Of a stretch of 24,000 nucleotides of DNA, positions 14,502 through 23,668 are shown one piece after another. The notes under the pieces were generated by a model, which was not told the origin of the DNA, searched no databases, and worked only from the letters and a program-made list of their open reading frames with translations. The stretch is from Clostridia bacterium. GTDB taxonomy: Bacteria > Bacillota > Clostridia > Oscillospirales > CAG-272. The stretch spans positions 154 through 24,153 of the forward strand of contig JAFUQU010000041.1 of assembly GCA_017472255.1 (NCBI GenBank), written 5' to 3'. How positions within the stretch are numbered: position 1 is the first letter of the stretch; each line of letters starts with the position of its first letter. The translations under genes and the position numbers were made by a program.

Positions 14502-17500
14502 TCACAGCGCATAACCGCCCAGACCGCGCCTCATGTTGCTGACGATCGTCCAGCTGTCGATGCAAAATCCGCCGCCGGAGAGCGGCGTCAGCGTGTAGCG
14601 AGTGGTGCGCGCTTCCATGGTGCAGGATTCGTCGGTGAAGAAGCGAACCGTGACGTAGTACTTCCCGTCCGATTCTTCCTCGCTCAGTACCGAGCTGTAG
14701 ATATAGCTGCCGCCGTGTCCGTCGTGATTGATGGTGCTCTGCTTCGCCAGACCATTCGTCACCGCCTGCCCGAAGTAGCGCTGGCAGTATTCGGCAAATT
14801 GCTTGCCCGTCGTCACCTCGTCGCAGTAGCCCTGACGGCTGAGCCAGCCGAAGAAATCCAGCGCGTTGTGCTGTACAACGTCGATGCTGCCGTCATAGCG
14901 TCCGGTACCGTTCAGCGTAAAGCTTTCCGGATAGGTCGAGCCGCCGTAGCAGGCCGCGAACTGGTACGCCCACTTCCCCGCCTCGGTCACAGGCTTGCTC
15001 CCGAAGCCGAAGTCCAGCGCCAGACCGTTCATGCCGGTGCCCAAAATGATGGAATAGCTCCCCGGCGGAACCAGCGTCACGCCGCTTTTTGTAATCTCCA
15101 CCTCCAGCGTCAGGCTGGACAGATACTGCTCCCGCATATTGGTCCGCAGAATCCGATAGCCGCCAAACTCCATGCTCTCCCATTCGGCGTAGGTTCCCTC
15201 CTCCACGCCGATCAGCTCCTCCAGCGCGGAGACATCGTTGGTAAGGAAGGCGCACAGCCCCCTGTAAACGGTATTTTCCCCGTAATCCTTCCATCCCAGC
15301 TTGGCGAAATCCGCGATGTCGTCCACCGAAACCGGGTCGTCGATGCCGGGATAGTCGATTTCACTGACGTGAAAATCCGAGAAATAGTCGCCCCGGTTCC
15401 AATCGCCCAGCCCGTAGATTCGGTAGGCGGAGAGATAGGCGTCCTCGGTGGTCAGCGTGTAGGTGACCCGGAAGTTCAGCTCGTTGCGCAGCTCGTAGTC
15501 CACGCTCAGCGCGCCGTCCGCCAGATGCTCCGCCGCGTAGCCCGCCGTGTCCAATGCGCCCAGCAGTGCGGCGAGCGTGTCTTCGTCCCGCAGAACGATG
15601 TCGATGTCCTTCTGGTCGTCGTGGAGCGTCACAGTCCCATCCGATTCCGTCACCGTCAGCTGGGCGTCCTTCCAGACTCTGGACGCTTCGCCCACCGTCC
15701 AAGTCGCGCCGTCATCCTCGGATACCCAGGTCAGCGAAGTATAGTTAGCGCAGGTCATCGACAGGCAGAGCCGCCCGTCCTCCTCCCGCCAAAGCGACTG
15801 CACATAAGCAGTTCCCTCGTCGTACAGGCGTTCCGGAACCGTCAGCTCCAGCCAGCGCCAGGTTTTCCCGTCCGACGTAAACTGAATCAGCGGCGTGTCC
15901 GGCGGGTCGGCAAAGGAATGGAAGGTCAGCATCCCCGTCGTTTCATCGGCAAAGGCGACGATTTCCAGATAGTTGTGCATCGCCATGGCGGGACGCGCCG
16001 GATCGTCGGTCTTTACCCAGCTTATGCCGCCGTCGCTGGTCATGTAAACTTCGGTGCGCACCAGCCAGCTTTGGAGCACCAACGCCCCCGCGCTGTCCGA
16101 AATCTGCACGAAATGCACGTTCGCGCCCGTTTCCAGCAGGCTCGCGGCAAGGTAGGCGTCCTCGTCCTCCGGCCAATGCTCCACCGGATTTCGCGGCACA
16201 CTGGTGAACAGACAGTCCCCGTCAATTTCGCCGTCGCCCAGACTGCCGGGCAAACCCTCGATTTCGCTGAAGCGCAGCTCGTGATCGCAGGTGACGCTGA
16301 CATCGTCCGGAATGGCGTCCGGCGCGATGTAAAGCACGCCCTCGGGAATGGCATAGCTGTCCCCGTCGCCGGTGTATTTCAGAAGCATCCGCCCGTCGGC
16401 GGTGAGAATCGCGTCGCCGGTATCGATGAAGGTTCGCTTCTGCCCCACCGAGCAGGCGAAAACCGTTCCCAGCGACAGGCAGATCAGCACGATCGACACG
16501 ATTAATATCCGCCCGCTCCGCTTTTTCGACCCGTCCAGAATCCAGGCAAAGCGCGCCTTGACCGCGTTTTTGCGTGGGTTGAAGTGGGTGGTCAGGGACG
16601 CGGGAGCGCGAGGTGACTTCGCCCGTTTGATCATCGCCAGAAGCGCTTGACCATAGCTGCCCCGCACTTCGCCGGACATTCCCGCCAGCACCATCTCGTC
16701 GCAGGAAAGTTCGCAGGTCTCCTGCGCCCTCGACGCAGCCAGATGCACCAGCGGGTTGTACCAGTGCAGCCCCTGCGCCAGCGTAATCAGCGTTTTCCAG
16801 AAAAGATCATGCCGGCGGTGGTGGCAAAGCTCGTGGGCCAGTACCACGGTCAGCGTAGAATCGCTCATTTCGGCGGCGTAAGCCGGCAGAATCAGCCGGG
16901 GGCGTATCAATCCGCAGAGCATGGGGCTTGCCGTGGCGTCGGAAACGAACAGGCGGGGCGGGCGCTTCACGCTCTGCGCCGCGCAGAAGCGGGCGTAGAG
17001 GGATTTCAGCCGATCGTCGGTGGCGCGGGGCTTTAATTTTGCCGCCCAGAGCGCGTATCCGCCGAACCGCCAGATCAGGAATCCCGCCGCTCCCGTCAGC
17101 CACGCCGCCGCAGCGATGTTCAGCAGGTCGTCGGTGTCAATGGAAAGACTGCGCCGGACAGGTTCGGCAGAGGGCGTTTCGATGGGCGTGGTTTCCGTCG
17201 GCGCGGATGTCTCTACCGGCTCGGTTTCGATTGATTCGGCTTCGGTCGGCTCGGTTCCAATGGGCGGCGCGGCAGGCTCGGAGCGCGTCACCTGAACGGA
17301 GGCGGGCAGCTCCACGCGGATGGGAGCGTAGGACCCGCTGTCCGCCGACGCGGGCAGTAATTCCGTCAGTCCCAGCGGCAGCAGAAGGCGAAATGCCAGC
17401 ACCAGCCAGAGAAGATACCCGCACCTCGCCGAAAACCGCCGCCCCACCAGCCGTTCGACCAGCAGCAGCGCCAGCGCGCAGATACTTACCAGCGCGGAAA

Positions 17501-17531
17501 TGCCTAAATATTGTAAGAAAAGATTGCCCAT
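14502..17531 (-). CDS. BlaR1/MecR1-like M56 family antirepressor metallopeptidase with long C-terminal domain
   Basis: N-terminal TM helices, VVLAHELCHHRRHDLFWKTL (HExxH), ETCELSCDEMVL; C-terminal region includes TSDGGISW, FTSDGKTW and SEDDGATW motifs. Confidence 0.88.
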   Translation of the reverse strand: MGNLFLQYLGISALVSICALALLLVERLVGRRFSARCGYLLWLVLAFRLLLPLGLTELLPASADSGSYAPIRVELPASVQVTRSEPAAPPIGTEPTEAESIETEPVETSAPTETTPIETPSAEPVRRSLSIDTDDLLNIAAAAWLTGAAGFLIWRFGGYALWAAKLKPRATDDRLKSLYARFCAAQSVKRPPRLFVSDATASPMLCGLIRPRLILPAYAAEMSDSTLTVVLAHELCHHRRHDLFWKTLITLAQGLHWYNPLVHLAASRAQETCELSCDEMVLAGMSGEVRGSYGQALLAMIKRAKSPRAPASLTTHFNPRKNAVKARFAWILDGSKKRSGRILIVSIVLICLSLGTVFACSVGQKRTFIDTGDAILTADGRMLLKYTGDGDSYAIPEGVLYIAPDAIPDDVSVTCDHELRFSEIEGLPGSLGDGEIDGDCLFTSVPRNPVEHWPEDEDAYLAASLLETGANVHFVQISDSAGALVLQSWLVRTEVYMTSDGGISWVKTDDPARPAMAMHNYLEIVAFADETTGMLTFHSFADPPDTPLIQFTSDGKTWRWLELTVPERLYDEGTAYVQSLWREEDGRLCLSMTCANYTSLTWVSEDDGATWTVGEASRVWKDAQLTVTESDGTVTLHDDQKDIDIVLRDEDTLAALLGALDTAGYAAEHLADGALSVDYELRNELNFRVTYTLTTEDAYLSAYRIYGLGDWNRGDYFSDFHVSEIDYPGIDDPVSVDDIADFAKLGWKDYGENTVYRGLCAFLTNDVSALEELIGVEEGTYAEWESMEFGGYRILRTNMREQYLSSLTLEVEITKSGVTLVPPGSYSIILGTGMNGLALDFGFGSKPVTEAGKWAYQFAACYGGSTYPESFTLNGTGRYDGSIDVVQHNALDFFGWLSRQGYCDEVTTGKQFAEYCQRYFGQAVTNGLAKQSTINHDGHGGSYIYSSVLSEEESDGKYYVTVRFFTDESCTMEARTTRYTLTPLSGGGFCIDSWTIVSNMRRGLGGYAL

Positions 17532-17533
17532 AG

Positions 17534-18001
17534 CTACTCCTTGTTTTTGCGATTGTGAAGCATTTCCTCCAGCTCGGCGATGTCCTCATCCCCCAGCTCG
17601 TCGCTGTCGATAAGGGACGCCACCAGCTTCTTCCACGAACCCCGGCAGACCCGCTCCACGAAGCTGTGTGAGGCGAAGCGCCGGTAATCCTCCTCGCCGA
17701 TGAGCGGGCGGTAAACCTTGCGCGGGTTGGGCGCGGGGGAATCCTCCCGCTCCATTTCGAGAAAGCCGCGCCCGGTCAGGCGCTCCAGCAAGGTATGCAG
17801 CGTTGCCTTGCACCGCCGCGTTGCCTTGCACCGCCGCGTTGCTTTGCACTGCCGCGTTGCCTTGCACTGCTGCGCTGCATTTGTCTTGATCGCGTCGAAT
17901 TGCCATTGGTCGTAAATTTCCGCCACGGTGATGGGCGGCGTGCAGTGCCAGACGATCATCATGACCTCCAGCTCAGCGTCGGGCAGATGTGGGATATTCA
18001 T
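17534..18001 (-). CDS. BlaI/MecI-family transcriptional repressor with internal repeat insertion
   Basis: LPDAELEVMMIVWHCTPPITVAEIYDQW...LHTLLERLTGRGFLEMEREDSPAPNPRKVYRPLIGEEDY; adjacent to BlaR1-like gene. Confidence 0.87.
   Translation of the reverse strand: MNIPHLPDAELEVMMIVWHCTPPITVAEIYDQWQFDAIKTNAAQQCKATRQCKATRRCKATRRCKATLHTLLERLTGRGFLEMEREDSPAPNPRKVYRPLIGEEDYRRFASHSFVERVCRGSWKKLVASLIDSDELGDEDIAELEEMLHNRKNKE
17801..17872 (-). repeat. 4 x 18-bp tandem repeat inside the BlaI wHTH region
   Basis: cgttgccttgcaccgccg x2, cgttgctttgcactgccg, cgttgccttgcactgctg; encodes repeating (C)KATRR/Q units. Confidence 0.95.
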
Positions 18002-18024
18002 GGGGTGTCCTCCTTGGGTTATAC

Positions 18025-18076
18025 TATAGACGTTTGTCTATACCCATTATAACATAGGTATAGACGTTTGTCAATA
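18025..18076 (-). promoter_or_regulatory. blaI-blaR1 promoter with two palindromic operator boxes
   Basis: TATAGAC-GTTT-GTCTATA (18025-18042) and TATAGAC-GTTT-GTCAATA (18059-18076); minus-strand TTGACA (18074-18069) - 17 nt - TATAAT (18051-18046). Confidence 0.92.
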
Positions 18077-18213
18077 GGCGCGGGAAAATTTTTTCACGGA
18101 ACTTTTTCGCCGTCCCCTTGACATCGGAGCGGGTTTTTGCTATCATAATAGAAAGTGCAGGAAGTGTCAGAAGCCTGCGAGGATATACGAATTTTACGAC
18201 AAGGAGAAAAATC

Positions 18214-18870
18214 ATGAACAAAAAAATGCTGACGTTCAGCTTTGACGACGGCGTGACGGAGGATCGCCGTCTGGCGGCGTTGTTTGACAAATACGGGCTG
18301 AAGGCTACCTTCAACCTGAACTCCGGACGTTTCGGCAATGGTCGATACGTCACCGCCGACGAGGTGCGGGAGCTGTACAAAAACCACGAGGTGGCGGTGC
18401 ATACGGTGACGCACGCGGCGCTGGCTTCGCTGACGCCGGACGAGGTCGTCAGTCAGGTGGAGGACGATCGGGCGGCGCTGGAGGCGCTGGTGGGATACCC
18501 GGTGGTGGGTATGGCTTATCCGGGCGTGCGGGGCTATCCGCTGTACACCCGCGAGGTGATGGACATCGTCCGCACCCGCACTGCCGTTCGCTACGCCCGC
18601 ACGACCACCCACACGGACAGCTTCGATCTGCCGGAGAATCTTTTGGAGCTGAAGCCTACCACCCACTTCAATCAGGATCCAGCCCACCTGATGGAGCTTG
18701 CCGACCGCTTCATCGCCCTTGAAACCGAACAGCCCGCGCTGTTCTACGTCTGGGGACACGCCTACGAGCTGCGCACGGAGGAGGATTGGACGACCTTCGA
18801 GCGCTTCTGCGAAAAAATCGCCGGACGGGAGGATATCTTCTACGGCACCAACCGCGAGGTGCTATTATAG
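18214..18870 (+). CDS. polysaccharide deacetylase (NodB-like) family protein
   Basis: MLTFSFDDGVTEDRRLAALFDKYGLKATFNLNSG..., HEVAVHTVTHAALASLTPDEV, YPVVGMAYPGV; AAGGAG RBS. Confidence 0.9.
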   Translation: MNKKMLTFSFDDGVTEDRRLAALFDKYGLKATFNLNSGRFGNGRYVTADEVRELYKNHEVAVHTVTHAALASLTPDEVVSQVEDDRAALEALVGYPVVGMAYPGVRGYPLYTREVMDIVRTRTAVRYARTTTHTDSFDLPENLLELKPTTHFNQDPAHLMELADRFIALETEQPALFYVWGHAYELRTEEDWTTFERFCEKIAGREDIFYGTNREVLL

Positions 18871-18878
18871 AATCAAAC

Positions 18879-19033
18879 GAGGCTGTTGCACTAAGGTGCA
18901 ACAGCCTCAATAAAATACATCTTGTCGCCATCGAGGGCTCCATTTTTGTGTGCTATGCACACAAAAACCGATGTATTTGGGCGCATACGCGCCCCGGAGC
19001 TGTCACAAGTTTTCAACTTGCAACAGCTCCGTT
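18879..19033. repeat. compact array of four hairpins (possible repeat element)
   Basis: GAGGCTGTTGCAC-TAAG-GTGCAACAGCCTC; TTTTTGTGTGC-TAT-GCACACAAAAA; GGGCGC-ATAC-GCGCCC; GGAGCTGTCACAAGTT-TTC-AACTTGCAACAGCTCC. Confidence 0.85.
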
Positions 19034-19036
19034 CGC

Positions 19037-20365
19037 TTATTCTTCCCTCTTTCGATGCGTCACGACCAGCACCACGCCGCCGGCGATGACAACAGCCGCC
19101 GCGATGAGGATGGGAACTCCCACGCCCCAGCGGCTGCTTTTTTTCGGATTCACCGATGTGCTGAGGGTGAAGGTCAGTTCGCCTTCGGGCAGACCGTCCA
19201 GCGTCAGCGTATAGCCCGCGTCGGTTTTTTCGAACCCGCCGGGCTGACTTTCGGTCATGTAGTACGGCGTATTGACGATAATTTCCAGCCCGCCGAAATC
19301 CGCCCAGCTTTTCGCCGGGGACAGCAGGTAGGTGTAACCGTAGATCGTCGGCTCCCAAAGCGAGTTGATGGAGGGATACAGGGGCGCGGTGACGGTGTTG
19401 TTGGCCTGTTCGCCCGCGCCGACGGTCAGCTCGTATTCGTACCAGCGAAGCAGCGACCGGGAAATGTCCAGCTCTGTTCGGAACAGCACGCCGCACTCAA
19501 TCTGCTCATGATTCAGCATGGCGACGACGGCGTTGTACCAATCGTGCTCCAGCACGCCGGAGGATGGGTCGTAATCCCGCATGGCAAGCTGGCGGAAGGT
19601 CATTTCCTTCGTTTGGGTCAGCGTCATGTCGGCGGTGATTTCGGTTTCAAGGCTCTTGTCCGCGAAGAAGCGCCAGACGGTATCCTCCGGCAGCACGCCG
19701 ATAACGTAGACGGTGAACAGCTTGTCAAAGCCGGTACTGAAGCGAATCACGATATCCTTTTCCCGGGTGGTATAGCCGGTCAGGTTCTCGCAGAGAAGGC
19801 GCGTGTTGTTGTCCGTCCATGTGGTGAAGACGCTGGATTCTTCCGTGCCGCCAAGCTTCCAGGTGTACGTGGTGACGGGCGTGTCAGGGGCGTAGAAGGC
19901 GTCCTCCACATAGCCGTCGATGAGCAGCGGAAGGTCGGTTTCCAGCTGGAAATCGCTGTAGGATTCGGAGTAGGTATGCCGCAGGGTGTGGGGCACTTCC
20001 CCGCCGTTCACGGTGATGCCGTAGCTTTCGGAGAGGGCGTCCATTCCATAGTCGGGCAGCTTGCCGAAGGGGAACGCCAGCGTGGCGGTTACGTCGTAAT
20101 CGGCGGGAGTATAGAAGGTGTATTCCGCCCGCACGCTGCCGGAATAGGTCAGCCATTTGTCCTCGTCCGAGTAATGGTTGGACGGAAATTCCTGCGCATC
20201 GAAGGTCAGCCGTTCGTGCGATACTTCCAGCGGGCAGGCTTCATCGGTGATGATGGTGCCGTTCGCCCGGACGCCGCTCCAGTGCATCTGGGCGGAGTTT
20301 GCGCTGACGGGCAGCGCGCATAACGCGAGGCAGACGGCGATGATCGGGATGGATTTGACTTTCAT
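19037..20365 (-). CDS. secreted / membrane-anchored protein of unknown function
   Basis: Signal peptide MKVKSIPIIAVCLALCALPVSANS; C-terminal TM WGVGVPILIAAAVVIAGGVVLVVTHRKREE; start after 41 non-supported upstream residues of the 483-aa ORF. Confidence 0.7.
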   Translation of the reverse strand: MKVKSIPIIAVCLALCALPVSANSAQMHWSGVRANGTIITDEACPLEVSHERLTFDAQEFPSNHYSDEDKWLTYSGSVRAEYTFYTPADYDVTATLAFPFGKLPDYGMDALSESYGITVNGGEVPHTLRHTYSESYSDFQLETDLPLLIDGYVEDAFYAPDTPVTTYTWKLGGTEESSVFTTWTDNNTRLLCENLTGYTTREKDIVIRFSTGFDKLFTVYVIGVLPEDTVWRFFADKSLETEITADMTLTQTKEMTFRQLAMRDYDPSSGVLEHDWYNAVVAMLNHEQIECGVLFRTELDISRSLLRWYEYELTVGAGEQANNTVTAPLYPSINSLWEPTIYGYTYLLSPAKSWADFGGLEIIVNTPYYMTESQPGGFEKTDAGYTLTLDGLPEGELTFTLSTSVNPKKSSRWGVGVPILIAAAVVIAGGVVLVVTHRKREE

Positions 20366-20613
20366 GGGAAGCACCTCCATAGGTTTGATGATATAATTAT
20401 ACCATAATCGTCTGAATTTGTCAAGTTTTTTTGTGCAATGAATAAAATCGGCGATCGCTCTTGCAAAAGCGCGGCGTTTATGGTACAATAATATCGCTGC
20501 GCGCGCAATCTTGTTTGGCGCGCAAGTATAATCTCACAGAATTCGCACAGAATAATTACGCAGCCTGAATTTGCAAACCGGCTCAAATCTATCCCAAGGA
20601 GATTATACTATAT

Positions 20614-21159
20614 ATGAAAGCAACTGGAATCGTGCGCCGCATCGACGATCTCGGTCGTGTGGTCATTCCCAAGGAAATCCGCCGCACCATGCGCATCCGC
20701 GAGGGCGACCCCCTCGAAATTTTCACCGACCGGGAGGGCGAAGTTATCTTCAAGAAATATTCGCCCATCGGCGAGCTGAACAGCTTCGCCGCGCAGTACG
20801 CCGAGACCCTGCATAAGATTGCGGGGATGGCGGTGGTTATCTGCGACCGGGACGCGGTCATCGCCTGCGCGGGACTGCCCAAGAAGGATTATCTGGAAAA
20901 GAAGCTCTCCCCCGAGCTGGAGGAGATTGCCGAGGGGCGGAACGTCTACCACTTCCTGGACGGCTCCAACCCGGTGCGCATCACCGCCGAAGCAACTTCC
21001 GCCGCCGTATCCTGCGCGATGCCCATTGTGGCGGACGGCGATCTGATCGGCTGCGTGGCCTCGGTTCACACCCCCGACGCCGAGCCTGCCGACGGCGACG
21101 TGGAAACCAAGCTGGTCTGCACCGCCGCCGCGTTTCTTGCCAAACAGATCGAGGCGTAA
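20614..21159 (+). CDS. spoVT: stage V sporulation protein T (AbrB-family regulator)
   Basis: MKATGIVRRIDDLGRVVIPKEIRRTMRIREGDPLEIFTDREGEVIFKKYSPIGEL plus C-terminal GAF-like domain. Confidence 0.96.
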   Translation: MKATGIVRRIDDLGRVVIPKEIRRTMRIREGDPLEIFTDREGEVIFKKYSPIGELNSFAAQYAETLHKIAGMAVVICDRDAVIACAGLPKKDYLEKKLSPELEEIAEGRNVYHFLDGSNPVRITAEATSAAVSCAMPIVADGDLIGCVASVHTPDAEPADGDVETKLVCTAAAFLAKQIEA

Positions 21160-21200
21160 TTGCACATGAGACCGCACGCGTTCATCGGACCGCACGCGTT

Positions 21201-21225
21201 CACGAGACCGCATTACGGTCTCGTG
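21201..21225 (+). terminator. hairpin downstream of spoVT
   Basis: CACGAGACCG-CATTA-CGGTCTCGTG. Confidence 0.6.
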
Positions 21226-21288
21226 TACATAAAAATGGTGCATCAATTCCGCATATCCGGGCAAAATAACCCCGGAAGGAGGGATCGT

Positions 21289-21546
21289 ATGCCCAACAAG
21301 AAACCTGCACGGCCGGTGGTGTCGATTCTGCGTTCGGCGCGGGACGAATACCTGTCGCCGCTGGTCAATCCGGAGGAATACCCTGCCACCGACGCTTTTC
21401 TCACCAGCCGGGTGGCATCCGCCAACGACTGCACCGGCATCGCCGTCACCGTTCCCACGGATGAGGAAACCGCCGCCGATGTGGCAGATCTTTCGGCAAA
21501 CACCGGGCGCGCGCCTGTTACGCCGCCGGATGCGCCGACAAAATAA
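21289..21546 (+). CDS. small hypothetical protein (85 aa)
   Basis: MPNKKPARPVVSILRSARDEYLSPLVNPEEYPATDAFL...; RBS GGAGGG upstream of ATG 21289. Confidence 0.6.
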   Translation: MPNKKPARPVVSILRSARDEYLSPLVNPEEYPATDAFLTSRVASANDCTGIAVTVPTDEETAADVADLSANTGRAPVTPPDAPTK

Positions 21547-21606
21547 CAATATGGGATTGGGGCGAGCCTCAATCCCAGTGCTATACGAACAGAGGTTGGA
21601 AATATT

Positions 21607-22797
21607 ATGAAATTCACCTACAAACACACGATGATTGCCTGTTACATATGCTTCATCATCCAGTCCATTGTCAACAACTTCAGCCCTTTGCTTTTTGTGA
21701 CCTACTCCCGCCAGTTTAACATCTCTCTGGAGCAGATCACGCTGCTGGTCGCTTACAACTTCATCATGCAGATGATGGTGGATGCCATCGGCGCCCGCTA
21801 TGTGGAGCAGATTGGCTACCGCCGGGGCATTGTTATCGCGCATATCACTTCGTTTATCGGCGTGGCGGGATTGGGCGTGTTCCCGTTTATTCTGCCGCCC
21901 TTCGCCGGGCTGATCGTCGCCACCACCTTCTGTGCGCTGGGCAGCGGCTTCATCGAAGTCCTCGCCAGCCCCATCGTGGAGGCGCTTCCCACCGACGAAA
22001 AGAGCGCCGCTATGAGCCTGCTCCACTCCTTCTACTGCTGGGGGCATATTCTAATTGTGCTTCTGTCCACGCTGTTTTTCACGCTGGCGGGAACGGAGAA
22101 CTGGCGGATTCTGGCGATGCTGTGGAGCCTGATTCCGGCGCTGAACTGTATCGTTTTCCTGTTTGTGCCGATTGTGCCGTACAATGCCGGAAACGAGACG
22201 GTATCGGCGGGCGGATTGTTGAAAATGAAGGAATTTTGGGTGTTTCTGGTGCTGATGGTCTGCGTTGGCGCGTCCGAACAGGCAATTGCCCAGTGGGCGT
22301 CGCTGTTCGCGGAGACGGGTCTTCACGTGTCGAAGACGGTGGGCGATTTGATGGGACCTTGTCTGTTTGGGCTGATGATGGCGATTTCGCGCACGATTTA
22401 CGGCAGCGTGGGCGGCAGAATCAACCTGCCCCGGTTTATGGTTGTCTGCGCAGCGGGTGTGACGGCGTCCTATCTGCTGACGGTGTTCGCGCCCGTTCCC
22501 ATGCTGTCGCTGGTGGGATGCGGACTGGCGGGGCTGTTCGTGGGCATTTTCTGGCCGGGCACACTTTCGCTGGCGACCCGCGCTCTGCCCCAGGCGGGCA
22601 CGTCGATGTTCGCGATGCTGGCGCTGGCGGGGGACATTGGCTGCACCTCCGGACCGTCGGTGATCGGCTTCATCTCGGGAAAGCTTGCGGGGGACGATGC
22701 CCTCAAGGGCGGCATTCTGGCGTCGGCGGTATTCCCCATCGGCGCGTTTGTGATTCTTCTGTGGCTGATTTGCAAGGGGAGAAAGAAGGAAAGGTAA
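21607..22797 (+). CDS. major facilitator superfamily transporter
   Basis: 396 aa, about 12 hydrophobic segments, GARYVEQIGYRRGIVIAH loop, GSVGGRINLPRFMVVCAAG. Confidence 0.9.
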   Translation: MKFTYKHTMIACYICFIIQSIVNNFSPLLFVTYSRQFNISLEQITLLVAYNFIMQMMVDAIGARYVEQIGYRRGIVIAHITSFIGVAGLGVFPFILPPFAGLIVATTFCALGSGFIEVLASPIVEALPTDEKSAAMSLLHSFYCWGHILIVLLSTLFFTLAGTENWRILAMLWSLIPALNCIVFLFVPIVPYNAGNETVSAGGLLKMKEFWVFLVLMVCVGASEQAIAQWASLFAETGLHVSKTVGDLMGPCLFGLMMAISRTIYGSVGGRINLPRFMVVCAAGVTASYLLTVFAPVPMLSLVGCGLAGLFVGIFWPGTLSLATRALPQAGTSMFAMLALAGDIGCTSGPSVIGFISGKLAGDDALKGGILASAVFPIGAFVILLWLICKGRKKER

Positions 22798-22813
22798 ACT
22801 TGTTTTGGTACAT

Positions 22814-22848
22814 AAAAAGTGGGGTTCATAAAAAACCTCACTTTTTTT
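22814..22848 (+). terminator. intrinsic terminator
   Basis: AAAAAGTGGGGTT-CATAAAA-AACCTCACTTTTTTT. Confidence 0.88.
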
Positions 22849-22869
22849 CATTTTTCTGCGCTTTAGCGA

Positions 22870-22899
22870 TTGACAATATTAAAAAAACTGTGATATAAT
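22870..22899 (+). promoter_or_regulatory. promoter for secreted metalloprotease region
   Basis: TTGACA - 18 nt - TATAAT. Confidence 0.7.
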
Positions 22900-23027
22900 A
22901 TACATGCTAAAGTGATGTGCAATGCATTACTTTTAGTGCAGAAACGTTTCGTACTACGTATTCGCATATGATATGTTGAATTTGCAAAGCAACATATCGC
23001 ATTATCTTAGAATGGAGATGATACGGA

Positions 23028-23642
23028 TTGAAGTATTTATTTCGTAATGTTCTGACGGTTATTATGGTGCTGACGCTTTTGTGTATCACTGCACACGCTT
23101 CTGAATATGATGATAGTGGCTATAGTAAGGCAACTATATATATTCAGAACAAGTTGGACGAATATTATCACGATCATTTTGAGACAGCTATTGGTTATTG
23201 GGATGGTTATGATGATGAAGGAAACAAGCATTTGCCGGGCCGTAGTATCGTAGTTAATACGGAGTCTTATTCTCAAATCACGAATGTGAGTTTCAGATTT
23301 CATCCTGAATTCGGTGTACTGAATTCACAATTTACGTATGGATTGTATGTGGTGGAATATCCAACGTCATTAGCGTGTGATTGCCATACGACAGCAGGTT
23401 TTACCATCTATATTAACGATTATTTTGCACGAGAAGCGACGGATGAGTATTTACGTACATCAAATGAAAACCTTGCGACTATTGTTCATGAAATGGGACA
23501 TGCATATGGTTTGATTGACTTTGATGAGAGTTACTATGTATATGACTCCATTATGTCGTATCGTGTAAATAATAACACGATGTATCAGCCGCAGGAGCGT
23601 GATTATAGAAATGCAAGAGCATCATGGGCAAGGCATGAATGA
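23028..23642 (+). CDS. secreted zinc metallopeptidase-like protein (metzincin-type motif)
   Basis: Signal peptide MKYLFRNVLTVIMVLTLLCITAHAS; HEMGHAYGLIDFD (HExxHxxGxxD) and downstream YDSIMSYRV Met-turn-like segment; TTG start. Confidence 0.78.
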   Translation: MKYLFRNVLTVIMVLTLLCITAHASEYDDSGYSKATIYIQNKLDEYYHDHFETAIGYWDGYDDEGNKHLPGRSIVVNTESYSQITNVSFRFHPEFGVLNSQFTYGLYVVEYPTSLACDCHTTAGFTIYINDYFAREATDEYLRTSNENLATIVHEMGHAYGLIDFDESYYVYDSIMSYRVNNNTMYQPQERDYRNARASWARHE

Positions 23643-23668
23643 GTAGCTCAAGAAAGGTGACATTAGCT

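Noticed and set aside
14475-16505. 676-aa plus-strand ORF opposite the BlaR1-like gene
   Set aside because: Antisense to a recognisable M56 peptidase CDS; no protein motifs, His/Arg/Gln-rich shadow translation.
17801-17872. Tandem repeats as a CRISPR-like array
   Set aside because: Directly abutting 18-bp units with no spacers, inside a coding sequence; no cas genes in the window.
18950-22047. Long ORFs 18950-20323 (+) and 20608-22047 (-)
   Set aside because: Antisense to the secreted protein and to spoVT/MFS genes; no motif or RBS support.
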